Shown: positions 37,580-47,494, counted from the first letter of the stretch. The stretch is DNA of 64,000 nt from Patescibacteria group bacterium (GCA_040384445.1 JAZKJG010000001.1:71650-135649), one strand, 5' to 3'. The notes: generated by a model from the sequence alone, not told the origin. Translations and numbers: made by a program.

Positions 37580-38042
37580 GGCTCACACGCATCAACCAAC
37601 CGTCGAAGAGATGGATAGGGATATTATTCATTTCTTTAGAAAGATTTCAGACCCTCTGGCTCGATTCGGATTATTCATAGTCTTTTTCTGGTTTGGAGCC
37701 TTAAAGGTGTTTGGATTAAGTCCAGCAAGTGAAATGGTTCATGAACTGTTTAATAAAACTATACCAATCATGTCGTTTTCGACTTTCATTATCTTATTTG
37801 GATTATTTGAAATGTTGATTGGATTGATGTTTGTTAAAAAAGGATTTGAGAGAGAGGTGATTCCACTGCTTTTCTTTCATATGGTGACCACTGGTCTTCC
37901 TCTTTTGCTTATGACACATGCGACATGGTCTTCGATTCTGATTCCGACTCTCGAGGGTCAGTATATTATTAAAAATATTGTGATCGTTGCAACAGCAATA
38001 GCGGTTGCGGCACACATTCACCCATTACCAAGAAAACGATGA
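37578..38042 (+). CDS. Small 4-TM membrane protein (DUF417/YkgB-like)
   Basis: 154 aa, hydrophobic profile. It is divergent from the HK gene. Confidence 0.4.
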   Translation: MAHTHQPTVEEMDRDIIHFFRKISDPLARFGLFIVFFWFGALKVFGLSPASEMVHELFNKTIPIMSFSTFIILFGLFEMLIGLMFVKKGFEREVIPLLFFHMVTTGLPLLLMTHATWSSILIPTLEGQYIIKNIVIVATAIAVAAHIHPLPRKR

Positions 38043-38515
38043 TTACAACACAAAAAATATTAACAATATGTATTATATTCGCAACAATTTTTGTTGTGTA
38101 TATGCTGCAAGAAAAAAAACCAGTTGAGAATAATGTTCCTATTCCTGTTTCTACATCTACGAATGCAACAAGTACAGAAACAATGGTACTTACTGTATAT
38201 CTACAAGATAAGGAGGTGGCACGAGTGTCGGATTGTAGAGTTACAAAAAAAGCTACATTTGAAATTCCAAAAACAACTGGAGTGGCAGATGCATCTCTAA
38301 AATATCTATTTGGAGAAGAGCTTAAAAAGTTCGGTGTTTATAAATCAGTATCTATTGAAAATGGAGTGGCAAAAGTGCTTTTGGCAGATGAAATTGGATC
38401 GCTCAGTAGTTGTGAATCAGGTCATATCATGGGTGTTCTTACTGATACACTTACCCAATATCCAACAATTCAAAAAGTTGAACTATATGGACCACTTGGA
38501 AAAATTGAATTTTAG
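38039..38515 (+). CDS. GerMN domain-containing lipoprotein-like protein
   Basis: The TM/signal and the MVLTVYLQDKEVARV...GVAKVLLADEIGSL...TLTQYPTIQKVELYG pattern fit a GerMN domain. Confidence 0.45.
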   Translation: MITTQKILTICIIFATIFVVYMLQEKKPVENNVPIPVSTSTNATSTETMVLTVYLQDKEVARVSDCRVTKKATFEIPKTTGVADASLKYLFGEELKKFGVYKSVSIENGVAKVLLADEIGSLSSCESGHIMGVLTDTLTQYPTIQKVELYGPLGKIEF

Positions 38516-38532
38516 TATGGTATAATTGGTGT

Positions 38533-38961
38533 ATGAATAATACACCAATGGCACGAGCGTCAATACTTATACATGCAACCATCGAAGAAGTATGGGATGC
38601 AGTTACTAAGCCTGAAATTGTAAAACAATACTTTTTTGGGACTGATTTAGATACAACATGGGAAGTTGGATCTCCGATATATTTTAGAGGATCGTGGGAA
38701 GGAAAAGAATATGAAGATAAAGGAGTTGTGCAATCATTTGTACCATTGAAAACACTGTCATATACATACAGAAGTAGTACAGAAGAAGGACCAGATGTTC
38801 CTGAAAATTATAAATTGATTACGTATGAAGTGACTCCGAAAGATGTTGGGGTTGAGTTATCTATTTTTCAAACAGCTGATACTGAGGAGAAAGCAAAACA
38901 TTCAGAGGACAATTGGTGCACTGTGCTTGTAGGGATGAAAAAACTTTTGGAGGATAAGTAA
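38533..38961 (+). CDS. SRPBCC superfamily protein (AHSA1/activator of Hsp90 ATPase homolog-like)
   Basis: ARASILIHATIEEVWDAVTKPEIVKQYFFG fits the AHSA1 domain. Confidence 0.6.
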   Translation: MNNTPMARASILIHATIEEVWDAVTKPEIVKQYFFGTDLDTTWEVGSPIYFRGSWEGKEYEDKGVVQSFVPLKTLSYTYRSSTEEGPDVPENYKLITYEVTPKDVGVELSIFQTADTEEKAKHSEDNWCTVLVGMKKLLEDK

Positions 38962-38975
38962 AAAACCGACCCTTT

Positions 38976-39233
38976 TTACGGGGTGCGGTTTGAGAGATAC
39001 AGTTTTCCTTTGGGATAGGAGGATGTGAGTTCTCCGTATCGATCGACTGTTTTTAGGGTGATAAAGATTGAATAATTGGGTTTCAGGATAATGTTGTCTA
39101 CTGTTCCAATAATGTGACCTCCGTTATGTTCAAGAATAAGAATTTCTTGCGTATTCAATCTTCCTTCCAATTCGTGTAAAGAAAGAAAAATTTCGACTTT
39201 AAATTTACGTTTTGCAGCTTCATGAAAGAGCAT
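38976..39233 (-). CDS. Hypothetical protein
   Basis: ORF only. Confidence 0.3.
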   Translation of the reverse strand: MLFHEAAKRKFKVEIFLSLHELEGRLNTQEILILEHNGGHIIGTVDNIILKPNYSIFITLKTVDRYGELTSSYPKGKLYLSNRTP

Positions 39234-39334
39234 TGTACCTCCTTTGGTTACGGACCACTATACAGTATAATAAGAATATTACCAATAATCATTCAAAAAC
39301 ATATATGCTCAACAAAAGAATAAAAACAACTGGA

Positions 39335-39670
39335 ATGGAAATAACTCCTGCAATATCTGAGTATGTGCATAAAAAAATTGATGTGCTTGAAAAGTTTATT
39401 GAAGCAGATCGTGTAGCTCTTGCAGAAGTTGAGATCGGAAGAACAACAAACCATCACCATAAAGGGGATGTGTATAAAGCAGAAATCAATTTCACACTAG
39501 AGAAGGATACATTTCGAGCAGTTGCAATACAGTCTGACCTGTATGTTGCAATAGATGTGATGAAAGATAATGTGGTTCAAGAAGTGACAAAAGCTAAAAA
39601 GAAGAGATTTGTGCTCTTCCGAAAAGGACAGCAAAAGATCAAGGATGCTCTGAAGAAAATTCGGGGGTAG
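39335..39670 (+). CDS. hpf: Ribosome hibernation promoting factor / RaiA (short form). The ORF extends upstream to 39212.
   Basis: MEITPAISEYVHKKIDVLEKF...EVEIGRTTNHHHKGDVYKAEINFTL...RAVAIQSDLYVAIDVMKDNVVQEV is the sigma-54 modulation/HPF fold. Confidence 0.8.
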   Translation: MEITPAISEYVHKKIDVLEKFIEADRVALAEVEIGRTTNHHHKGDVYKAEINFTLEKDTFRAVAIQSDLYVAIDVMKDNVVQEVTKAKKKRFVLFRKGQQKIKDALKKIRG

Positions 39671-39772
39671 TCTTTTAGTTGACATCCTCTAGGTGATATG
39701 GCTATGATATAGGAAGCACCTTTACATAAGCCTAGATGATTCTTCGAGAAGGGGTTTCTCGAGCATTTAGAA

Positions 39773-40321
39773 ATGCGGAGGTGTGTTTTATATATACAGA
39801 AAGAAATACCTACCATGTGCCTCATAACCGTTCCAAAGGCCGCTGATATTGAACAACAAGCACGTTACCGGCATGACTATCAATTCGGTCGCCCGACTGG
39901 TGGTCATCGCCTTGACGTGGATAAAGTCGCAGCTTGTTCACAACCTGTGCCCAGTGTTGGTCTCGAGTTCCTCTCTCGACCCACAATGGCAGCACTTGTG
40001 AAAGCAGAAGAGAAGGATATCAAGGAGCACCTGTGCCACTTTGATCTCCTTGCCCTTCGGGATCAGTTTGATGATTTGCCGATGTCGTTCAGGCAGCGGT
40101 TACATACCTGTGAGCTCTATGCGGCTCGTGGTATCGCTCTTGTTGGTTCAACTTTGGTCATTCCGTACATTACCGCGACCAACCTCAAACCGTTTGTTGG
40201 TTTTGCCAGCGTTCTGCAGATTCTCGAAAATCGGCACATCCTTGGTAGAATCAGTCCTCGCCGTGAGGGGACACGCATGCAGAGTTCACATCTCCATCTT
40301 GTGAACAGCAGTCGAAATTAA
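39773..40321 (+). CDS. Hypothetical protein (GC-rich islet)
   Basis: ORF with about 50% GC and no known motif. Confidence 0.35.
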   Translation: MRRCVLYIQKEIPTMCLITVPKAADIEQQARYRHDYQFGRPTGGHRLDVDKVAACSQPVPSVGLEFLSRPTMAALVKAEEKDIKEHLCHFDLLALRDQFDDLPMSFRQRLHTCELYAARGIALVGSTLVIPYITATNLKPFVGFASVLQILENRHILGRISPRREGTRMQSSHLHLVNSSRN

Positions 40322-40383
40322 ACTCCATCAACCCATCGAAATTTCGCCCGTCCCTCGAGTCCAACTCGGGTGGCGGGCATTTC

Positions 40384-40617
40384 TTATTGAATCTCAAGCG
40401 CCTTTGCAATGTCCTCAACCCCTGCATCACACACCCATTTCCCATCTATATTTAGTGTAGGGCTTTTATTTTGACCAGTTGCTTCTTCAACTTCTTTTTT
40501 AAACTCAGGATTTTTCAAAATATCTCGTTCCTCGAAAGCTATGTTGTGTTTTTTTAGGTATAACATTGCTTCTACGGCCCAAGGACAGAGTGTTTTTGTA
40601 TACATAATTATTTTCAT
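40384..40617 (-). CDS. Glutaredoxin-like protein (NrdH/Grx fold, monothiol CPWA variant)
   Basis: MKIIMYTKTLCPWAVEAMLYLKKHNIAFEERDI...TLNIDGKWV is the Grx fold, but the second active-site Cys is replaced by Ala. Confidence 0.6.
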   Translation of the reverse strand: MKIIMYTKTLCPWAVEAMLYLKKHNIAFEERDILKNPEFKKEVEEATGQNKSPTLNIDGKWVCDAGVEDIAKALEIQ

Positions 40618-40763
40618 AATACATAGATTATACCATAGGTTTGACTATATGTTGTAAACCGTGGTATATATTACTCTGGATGTACCTTGTCAAATACCTC
40701 TGTTTTCTCGTTCGCGGGTGCGGGCGAGAATTCTTTCATTATGACTATTTATCAATACTTGTT

Positions 40764-41429
40764 ATGGGGAAACAAAATAAAATGTTAGTGCTGAAAATCG
40801 GACCTCCATGTTCCGGTAAAGGCGCATTAGGAAAAGCCATTGCCCATCTGCATGGCAAAACCACAACCGTAGTCACGATGCGTGATCTGATCCTGGAAGA
40901 AAAGAAACGTAATTCCGAGTTCATGAGGGTTTCAACTGAATTCCAGGCGGCTGGAAACTTGCTGCCCTCACTATACATCAAGCAGATTCTGAAACGACTT
41001 GCTTCCACGACCTGCAATGCTCCAGTTTTATTCTTGGACGGCGCTCCTCGGAACGCCGATCAGATCATTATGCTGAAGCACCTCTTCAATCAACGTGAGA
41101 TCTGTATCTTCGAAAGTTTGGCTACTGATGAGCACCTGCTCTCAGTTTTCAAGCAAACATTGGAGGCTACCGATCGTACGGGCCGTGAAGATGCAAAAGA
41201 TTCTGTTCACAATGAACGAGTCCAAATCTACCGACACAATTTGCCAGCTATTCATGCTGCATGCAAAACTGTAGGATGGTATCGCTACCATACACAAGCT
41301 GCTGCAACACTGAAGGCAAAAGTTCGGAGATTCGAAGACATTGCGAACAGGAAACCTGTCAAACCGGGTTCTTTTGAAAACCTCGAAGAAATTCTTGGTC
41401 TTCCTAAGCTCAACCTGGCCGCAGCCTAA
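40764..41429 (+). CDS. Adenylate kinase-family nucleoside monophosphate kinase. The ORF extends to 40641, but the start is probably MGKQNK.
   Basis: P-loop GPPCSGKGA (AK consensus GPPGSGKGT), the LDGAPRNADQ (LDGFPR) motif and a lid-like R..R..D region. Confidence 0.65.
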   Translation: MGKQNKMLVLKIGPPCSGKGALGKAIAHLHGKTTTVVTMRDLILEEKKRNSEFMRVSTEFQAAGNLLPSLYIKQILKRLASTTCNAPVLFLDGAPRNADQIIMLKHLFNQREICIFESLATDEHLLSVFKQTLEATDRTGREDAKDSVHNERVQIYRHNLPAIHAACKTVGWYRYHTQAAATLKAKVRRFEDIANRKPVKPGSFENLEEILGLPKLNLAAA

Positions 41430-41515
41430 ACACCCCACGCATCAACCCTCTCTCAGGTTCTAATCCGAAAGAGAGCGGTTGGTGTTTTTTAATATATGCT
41501 ACAATATCACTACCT

Positions 41516-42142
41516 ATGTTCAGTCACTATTTTAATATTATCCTGAATTACGCAGAATCAGGATCTTCAGTTCTCGTTGATTATTTATATCCAATTGTTT
41601 TTTTGTCCGCTCTTTCAGAATCCACCCCGATACTTGGTACCTTTACACCGGGAACTCTATTTTTACTTTTCTTTGGATATACCGCTTCTGTAAATGCTAT
41701 TAATCTCGCTCTAGTAGTACTTGTTGCAACACTTGGAGCAATAGTTGGGGATGTGCTTGGATATTTACTTGGTCGTCATGCTACGGGTTGGATGTTACGA
41801 CATAAAAAGATTTTAAAAGAAGCGCATATTGAACAAGGACGTGCATTTTTCAGTAAACATGGAGGGAAGAGTATTTTGATTGGAAGATTCGTTGGTCCGA
41901 TTCGACCTATTGTGCCACTGATTGCTGGAAGTATTGGAATGAGTATGAGAAAGTTTTTGTTCTGGAATATTCTTGGAGCGTTTTTGTGGGCGACATTGTA
42001 TGTCACAATTGGATTTTTCTTTGGCGCGTATGCGAGAGATATTGAAAAAGTTGTGTCTGATACTGGATTAGTGATTTCTGTAATTATTTTTATTGGTGCG
42101 GTTGTGTATTATTTTAAATATATGAAAAACCAGACGAAGTAG
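41516..42142 (+). CDS. DedA family membrane protein
   Basis: DedA/SNARE-associated signature GAIVGDVLGYLLGRH...GRFVGPIRPIVPLIAG. Confidence 0.85.
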   Translation: MFSHYFNIILNYAESGSSVLVDYLYPIVFLSALSESTPILGTFTPGTLFLLFFGYTASVNAINLALVVLVATLGAIVGDVLGYLLGRHATGWMLRHKKILKEAHIEQGRAFFSKHGGKSILIGRFVGPIRPIVPLIAGSIGMSMRKFLFWNILGAFLWATLYVTIGFFFGAYARDIEKVVSDTGLVISVIIFIGAVVYYFKYMKNQTK

Positions 42143-42143
42143 G
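42122..42143 (+). repeat. 22-bp direct repeat, copy 1 (atgaaaaaccagacgaagtagg). It covers the last 6 codons and stop of DedA.
   Basis: An exact second copy lies at 46651-46672, immediately after the stop of the 4.4-kb giant gene. Confidence 0.9.
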
Positions 42144-42211
42144 TGATACCACTTATGCCTTGTTATTGTCAAACAAGAATTTTGTAGATACGTGATAGAA
42201 TTGGTGTTAAT

Positions 42212-45200
42212 ATGTCTATAAAAAATTTAAAGAAATGCGCATTTATTTTTGTTGGAATAGTGCTTGTGTTTTACGGAGAAAAAACTTTTGCCGCATACCC
42301 ACTTGGTAACGAAGCTGTATTTTATCATTTTGAAGAAGCTGCAACTGCAACATCAACAAACAGTGGAAGTGGTGGTTCTGCATATGATGGAACTTTTGCT
42401 GGAGCAGCAAGTACAACTGCACTTGTTAAGCGTTTTGGTGCGCAAAGTGCATCATTTGGAGAAACAGGTGATTACATGAAAACGTATTTTGCAAGTGGTA
42501 CAAATCCTACTGCACAATCATTATCAGTAAGTATGTGGGTATATAAAAAAGAGGCATCAAATGGCTGTCCTGCTGGTGGTGATGATCATTTTTTCGGATC
42601 TAGTGGACAACCGTCAGGATCACGGTTTTATTTACGATGTACTGGAGGATTTTGGGGTAGTCGTTTTGGAGCAGCTGCAGCTGCAAACTCAACAGTGACT
42701 GGTGTGACACACCAGGGGTGGGACCATATTGTGCTCGTGTTTGATGCAACAAATGACACACCAAAATTATATGTAAACAATGTTCTCAGGGCAACATCAC
42801 CGCTCGTGAGCTCATACACAATCACAAATGCATTTTTTGTCGGAGGTGTGAATGATACCATTACAACTCCAGGTGTCCTCAGTTCATCTGAAAATGCGGG
42901 TGCAAATATTGATGAAGTTGCAATATATACAACAGCACTTTCTTTAAGTGATATTACAACTTTATATAAAGCAGGTGATCTCGTTGCTCCTGTAATTTCG
43001 TCTATTGCAACATCAACCGTTTCTGCAACATCAACAACGATTTCGTGGACTACAGATGAATCTGGATCAACACAGGTTGAATATGGATTAACAGGATCAT
43101 ACGGAAGTCTAACGACAGAAACTGATACAACAACATTTGTGACAAGTCACTCAGCAACATTGTCAGGGTTAGCTGAAAATACGTTATATTATTATCGTGT
43201 TATTTCACGAGACCCAACAGGTGCAACTGCAACTTCATCACAAGGAACATTTACTTCCGGATCAATGACTGCCCCTGGTCAACCTTCTGCATTGAGTGTG
43301 ATTCCTTATGAAGGTAGAGCACATCTTACCTGGACAGCAGCGACCGGTGATCTGACTGACTACTTGGTAGAATACAAATTATCAAGTGATGGTGGATGGA
43401 CCACTTTTACAGATGGTGTATCTATCGCAACTACTACCATGGTTACAGGTTTGGTAAATAATTTCGCATATGATTTTAGAGTCACAGCAAGTAATCAATC
43501 TACTCCAGGCCCAGTATCAAGTACAGTGTCAACAACTCCTGTATATAGAGTGACTTTTGCAGGTTCTACTCCCGCTCACTTGTCTGTGATCACGGGATCA
43601 TCTGTAACAGTATCTGCATCTACTACACTCCCTTCGTTTTCATTTGCTTCAAGTACTCAAACTCTTCGACTAGAAACAGCCGGAGGATCTTTGGTGAGTC
43701 AAGTTTCTACAACTACGCGGTACGGAGATTATAATCTTACGCATCTTATAAATACGCTGGCCGATTCTGATCTTTCACTGGCAGGCAACTCTTCGGGTAT
43801 GGCATACGTTGGAACAACTGATACATTGTTTATAGTGCATAATGCAGCGGTTGGCTCAAATTCAACAATTGATGAAGTTGATAAAAATGGAACGCTCATT
43901 CGATCAATTACATGTACACTGTGTGGGGACATTGAAAGTATCGTATTGCTATCATCTGTTGCTTCAACAACCGCTGGTGGGTTTGATCATACGTTCATGA
44001 TTGGAACTGAAAATAATACATCGAGCGCTGAAATATTTAGAGTAGTTATTTATTCAACAGGAACAACTGCAGTTAATCGTTTAGATTATTTTAATATAGG
44101 AGTCTCGCACGCTGCAAACGGAGGACTTGAGGGTATTGCATATAATTCAACATCAGGAGTGTTCTATGTTGCTCGAGAACTTACGACACCTGCGTTATAT
44201 GAAGTAACACTGGGTGCAGGGCATGCTGCATCTGCGGTTCAAATATGTTCAAACTTGACACTCGGAGCTACAATTAGTGATTTCTCTGACCTTTCATTTA
44301 AAAATAATATTTTGTATGCCTTAAGTGAGAATACAAATCCAAGTAAGCTGGTGCCGATAAATATTACGAGCACAAGTACATGTACACTTGTTGACAGTAA
44401 TGAAAATGGGACTGCAAGTAGTAGTGATACAGGAGACTGGTTAACTTCAGTTCCTGTAGGAGTTACTGATCAAGCAGAGGGTGTGGTATGGGATGCTACA
44501 GGAGATGTTTTGTATGTTTTAGGTGAAGCTGATTTTTTAGCAAAATATAGAACTACTGCATTTAATGCTCAACACACATTTACAGGATTAGCAGACGGAA
44601 ACTATGTTTTAAAAGCATCCTTTACTGATACGAATGGAATCACATCATCATCAACAGATAGATTATTTACAATTAGTAATGATAGTATTTCACCTGTAAT
44701 TTCATCTATTGCGTCATCATCTATCACATCAACATCAGCTACTCTAACTTGGGGGACAAATGAATCAACCGTTTCTTCTGTGTCTTATGGAACAACAACT
44801 GGTTACGGTATGACGGCTACGTCATCTGCAACATCCACGCATCAAGTCTTGTTAACAGGTTTGGTACCGGAAACAGCATATCATTTTAGAGTATTTGCTG
44901 CAGATCAATCTTCAAACACTTCGCTCTCAGCTGATTATACGTTTACAACATCTGTAGCTCCAGATGTAACTGCTCCAAGTATTTCTAATATTGCATCAAG
45001 CACGACCGATACAAGCGTAACAATTGCATGGACAACTGATGAAAACTCAGACAGTCAGGTTGAGTACGGATTAACATCTTCATATACTTCGTCTTCAACT
45101 CTTGATACCAATGCAACAACTTCACACTCAGTTGTAATCACGAGTTTAGCACCAGCTACCGTGTACCATTTTAGAATCATATCAAAGGATACAGCACTTA

Positions 45201-46648
45201 ACCTTGCAACAACATCTGATTATAACGTGACAACATCTGCTGACAGTGTTGCTCCTGTTATTTCTTTACCTTCTGCTTCAATCAATTCTGGAACATCTGC
45301 AATTATTTCTTGGAATACAAATGAGAATGCAACAAGCTTGGTAAGATATGGTTTGACGGCAACATACACAGCAACAACAAGTTTAGGCGTTGCAACAACG
45401 GCAACACATAGTGTAAGTTTGTCTGATTTGAAAGCGTGTACACAATATCATTATCAGATTTTAACAACCGACGCCGTGGGAAATAGTTCGACTACAACGG
45501 ACTCTCTGTTTACAACATCTGGCTGTGCAGGAGGTACTTCGGTTCAGGAGGTCAATACTGTTGCAATAAGTAATTCAACTGGAGATATAGCAACGACTAC
45601 ATCAGCGTCGACAGGTAATACTGTTGTCTTGGATATTCCTGCAGGATACTCAACTTCATCAAGTGTTATTTTTCAGATCAAACAAGTTGAGGATCTTGCT
45701 GTGATTTCTGGAACAGGCGGGGTGAGTGGTAAGAGTATTGTAGGAGATCAGATGTATGATCTACAGGCGTATCTGAATGCCTCAACAAGTATGACTGCAT
45801 TTAATGCAACTCTTACAATCAATATGAGTTACCGAACTATTGATGCGTCTGGATATGACGAGTCATCATTTAAGATATATAGATATGATGGGGTATCGTG
45901 GACTGAATTGCCAAGCTGTGTAGTTGATGTAACACAGAACACGGTAACATGTGAGACTACTTATTTTTCAACTTTTGGATTGTTTGGAATACCAAACTCT
46001 GTAGTGGCCCCGACGGTAATCAACTCTTCAACAGGGGGTAGTGGTGTAATGTATTCGCATGTTGCTCAAAATTTGCCAACATTAACAAGTACAACCTCAA
46101 CAAGATATGTTTTCATAAGAGATTTAAAGGTGGGAAGTGTAGGAGATGATGTTCGGTTGTTGCAACAATTTCTAAACAATAGCGGATATATCGTTGCAAA
46201 AGTTGGGGTACCAGGATCATCAGGAAAAGAAACAAATGTATTTGGAAGTGCAACAAAAGCTGCCCTTATGCGATTTCAATTTTCACAGATAGGGATTAAT
46301 AGAAATGGTGTGGTTGATGTTAAAACAAGAGCCATATTGAACACTGGAGTGTTTGCATGGACTCCTATAAGTACGTCTGGAACATCTCAATTTGTGAAAA
46401 CATTATCTTTTGGTAATGTATCGTCTGATGTAAAAAGATTGCAACAATTCCTAAACTCAAGTGGGTATACAGTTTCTGCTTTTGGAGCAGGATCTGTTGG
46501 CAAAGAGACTACGTTGTTTGGATCTGCAACTCGAGCTGCTGTTATTAAATTTCAGTTAACTAATGGACTTGTGCAGACCGCTAAAGATAAGGAGTATGGA
46601 AAATTTGGTCCTCAAACAATATTGAAAATAAATGAATTGATAAAGTAG
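42212..46648 (+). CDS. Giant secreted, cell-wall-associated protein: signal peptide, LamG/ConA-like lectin domain, 2x FN3, a beta-propeller-like central region, 3x FN3, then 2x peptidoglycan-binding (PG_binding_1) domains
   Basis: Signal peptide MSIKNLKKCAFIFVGIVLVFYGEKTFA. A LamG-like block is at aa 30-240. The FN3 repeats follow the pattern PVISSIA...ISWTT.E...QVEYGLT..Y.......T.HS..L..L...T.Y.YR. The C-terminal pair of LQQFLN..GY......G..GKET..FGSAT.AA...FQ PG-binding motifs is clear. Confidence 0.85.
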   Translation: MSIKNLKKCAFIFVGIVLVFYGEKTFAAYPLGNEAVFYHFEEAATATSTNSGSGGSAYDGTFAGAASTTALVKRFGAQSASFGETGDYMKTYFASGTNPTAQSLSVSMWVYKKEASNGCPAGGDDHFFGSSGQPSGSRFYLRCTGGFWGSRFGAAAAANSTVTGVTHQGWDHIVLVFDATNDTPKLYVNNVLRATSPLVSSYTITNAFFVGGVNDTITTPGVLSSSENAGANIDEVAIYTTALSLSDITTLYKAGDLVAPVISSIATSTVSATSTTISWTTDESGSTQVEYGLTGSYGSLTTETDTTTFVTSHSATLSGLAENTLYYYRVISRDPTGATATSSQGTFTSGSMTAPGQPSALSVIPYEGRAHLTWTAATGDLTDYLVEYKLSSDGGWTTFTDGVSIATTTMVTGLVNNFAYDFRVTASNQSTPGPVSSTVSTTPVYRVTFAGSTPAHLSVITGSSVTVSASTTLPSFSFASSTQTLRLETAGGSLVSQVSTTTRYGDYNLTHLINTLADSDLSLAGNSSGMAYVGTTDTLFIVHNAAVGSNSTIDEVDKNGTLIRSITCTLCGDIESIVLLSSVASTTAGGFDHTFMIGTENNTSSAEIFRVVIYSTGTTAVNRLDYFNIGVSHAANGGLEGIAYNSTSGVFYVARELTTPALYEVTLGAGHAASAVQICSNLTLGATISDFSDLSFKNNILYALSENTNPSKLVPINITSTSTCTLVDSNENGTASSSDTGDWLTSVPVGVTDQAEGVVWDATGDVLYVLGEADFLAKYRTTAFNAQHTFTGLADGNYVLKASFTDTNGITSSSTDRLFTISNDSISPVISSIASSSITSTSATLTWGTNESTVSSVSYGTTTGYGMTATSSATSTHQVLLTGLVPETAYHFRVFAADQSSNTSLSADYTFTTSVAPDVTAPSISNIASSTTDTSVTIAWTTDENSDSQVEYGLTSSYTSSSTLDTNATTSHSVVITSLAPATVYHFRIISKDTALNLATTSDYNVTTSADSVAPVISLPSASINSGTSAIISWNTNENATSLVRYGLTATYTATTSLGVATTATHSVSLSDLKACTQYHYQILTTDAVGNSSTTTDSLFTTSGCAGGTSVQEVNTVAISNSTGDIATTTSASTGNTVVLDIPAGYSTSSSVIFQIKQVEDLAVISGTGGVSGKSIVGDQMYDLQAYLNASTSMTAFNATLTINMSYRTIDASGYDESSFKIYRYDGVSWTELPSCVVDVTQNTVTCETTYFSTFGLFGIPNSVVAPTVINSSTGGSGVMYSHVAQNLPTLTSTTSTRYVFIRDLKVGSVGDDVRLLQQFLNNSGYIVAKVGVPGSSGKETNVFGSATKAALMRFQFSQIGINRNGVVDVKTRAILNTGVFAWTPISTSGTSQFVKTLSFGNVSSDVKRLQQFLNSSGYTVSAFGAGSVGKETTLFGSATRAAVIKFQLTNGLVQTAKDKEYGKFGPQTILKINELIK

Positions 46649-46650
46649 TT

Positions 46651-46672
46651 ATGAAAAACCAGACGAAGTAGG
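46651..46672 (+). repeat. 22-bp direct repeat, copy 2. It is embedded in a hairpin, ccagacgaagtag-ggtcgaa-ctacttgtctgg.
   Basis: Identical to 42122-42143, and forms a stem-loop across 46659-46690. Confidence 0.9.
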
Positions 46673-46696
46673 GTCGAACTACTTGTCTGGTCGGGG

Positions 46697-47494
46697 TTAG
46701 GGACGATATAACTGTCGATACTCGACAGAATCAATTGAGAAAATATTAAAGAATGCTTCCAAAGCACGTCTTTGTGTACTCAGGTCTTTGATTAAATCTT
46801 CAATTGAGTTGAAACTAAAATCTGGATCCTTAAACAGTTGAGGCAAAATTTCCTGTCGAACACCTGCTTTGATTTGCATAATCCTGCAATACGAATCTAA
46901 CTCCTCCCATTTGTGATGCAAAATTAACTCTTCAAATGCTGAGGCGTTTCGATATGAGACATTTAGATTATCAAACGTTGTCAGAATCATCTTATTACGA
47001 ATTAATGCTCTGAATGCTTTATCGATGCCAAAATGTGTAATTCCTAAGAGTTCAGAAATATTTCGTTTCCACCTTTTATCTTTCATCCAGCCTAAGGCCA
47101 TGAAAATATGGATAGCTTCAATAGGTGGAGTTATTTTAGCTGTCCCTTCTAGAGCATCGACAATAAACAAATGACTTACTTTCTCAGCATAATTGAAAAG
47201 AGTGTGAACCAGTTTTGTTGCTGGGAGTCGTGTCCCACAGAGTAGTTTATCAGTTTCGGTCGGCTCATCTTCTCGATAATAACTCTGCATTAAAAACCGT
47301 TGTACGTACTCACCTGGATCAGATCTCAGAAAGGAACAGGCAGTTCTTTCTGAACCCGCTTCTTTTGTAGCGAGTGCTCTAAGGATTGAAATGAACAAGT
47401 TGATTAACGTAATCGACTTAAAATTTGGTCCTACGTTGAGAGGTATAATTGTGAGAGCAGAACCAATCACAGGGCTAAAGTGAAATTTTTTCAT
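46697..47494 (-). CDS. Hypothetical protein
   Basis: 265-aa ORF with no recognised domain. Confidence 0.4.
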   Translation of the reverse strand: MKKFHFSPVIGSALTIIPLNVGPNFKSITLINLFISILRALATKEAGSERTACSFLRSDPGEYVQRFLMQSYYREDEPTETDKLLCGTRLPATKLVHTLFNYAEKVSHLFIVDALEGTAKITPPIEAIHIFMALGWMKDKRWKRNISELLGITHFGIDKAFRALIRNKMILTTFDNLNVSYRNASAFEELILHHKWEELDSYCRIMQIKAGVRQEILPQLFKDPDFSFNSIEDLIKDLSTQRRALEAFFNIFSIDSVEYRQLYRP

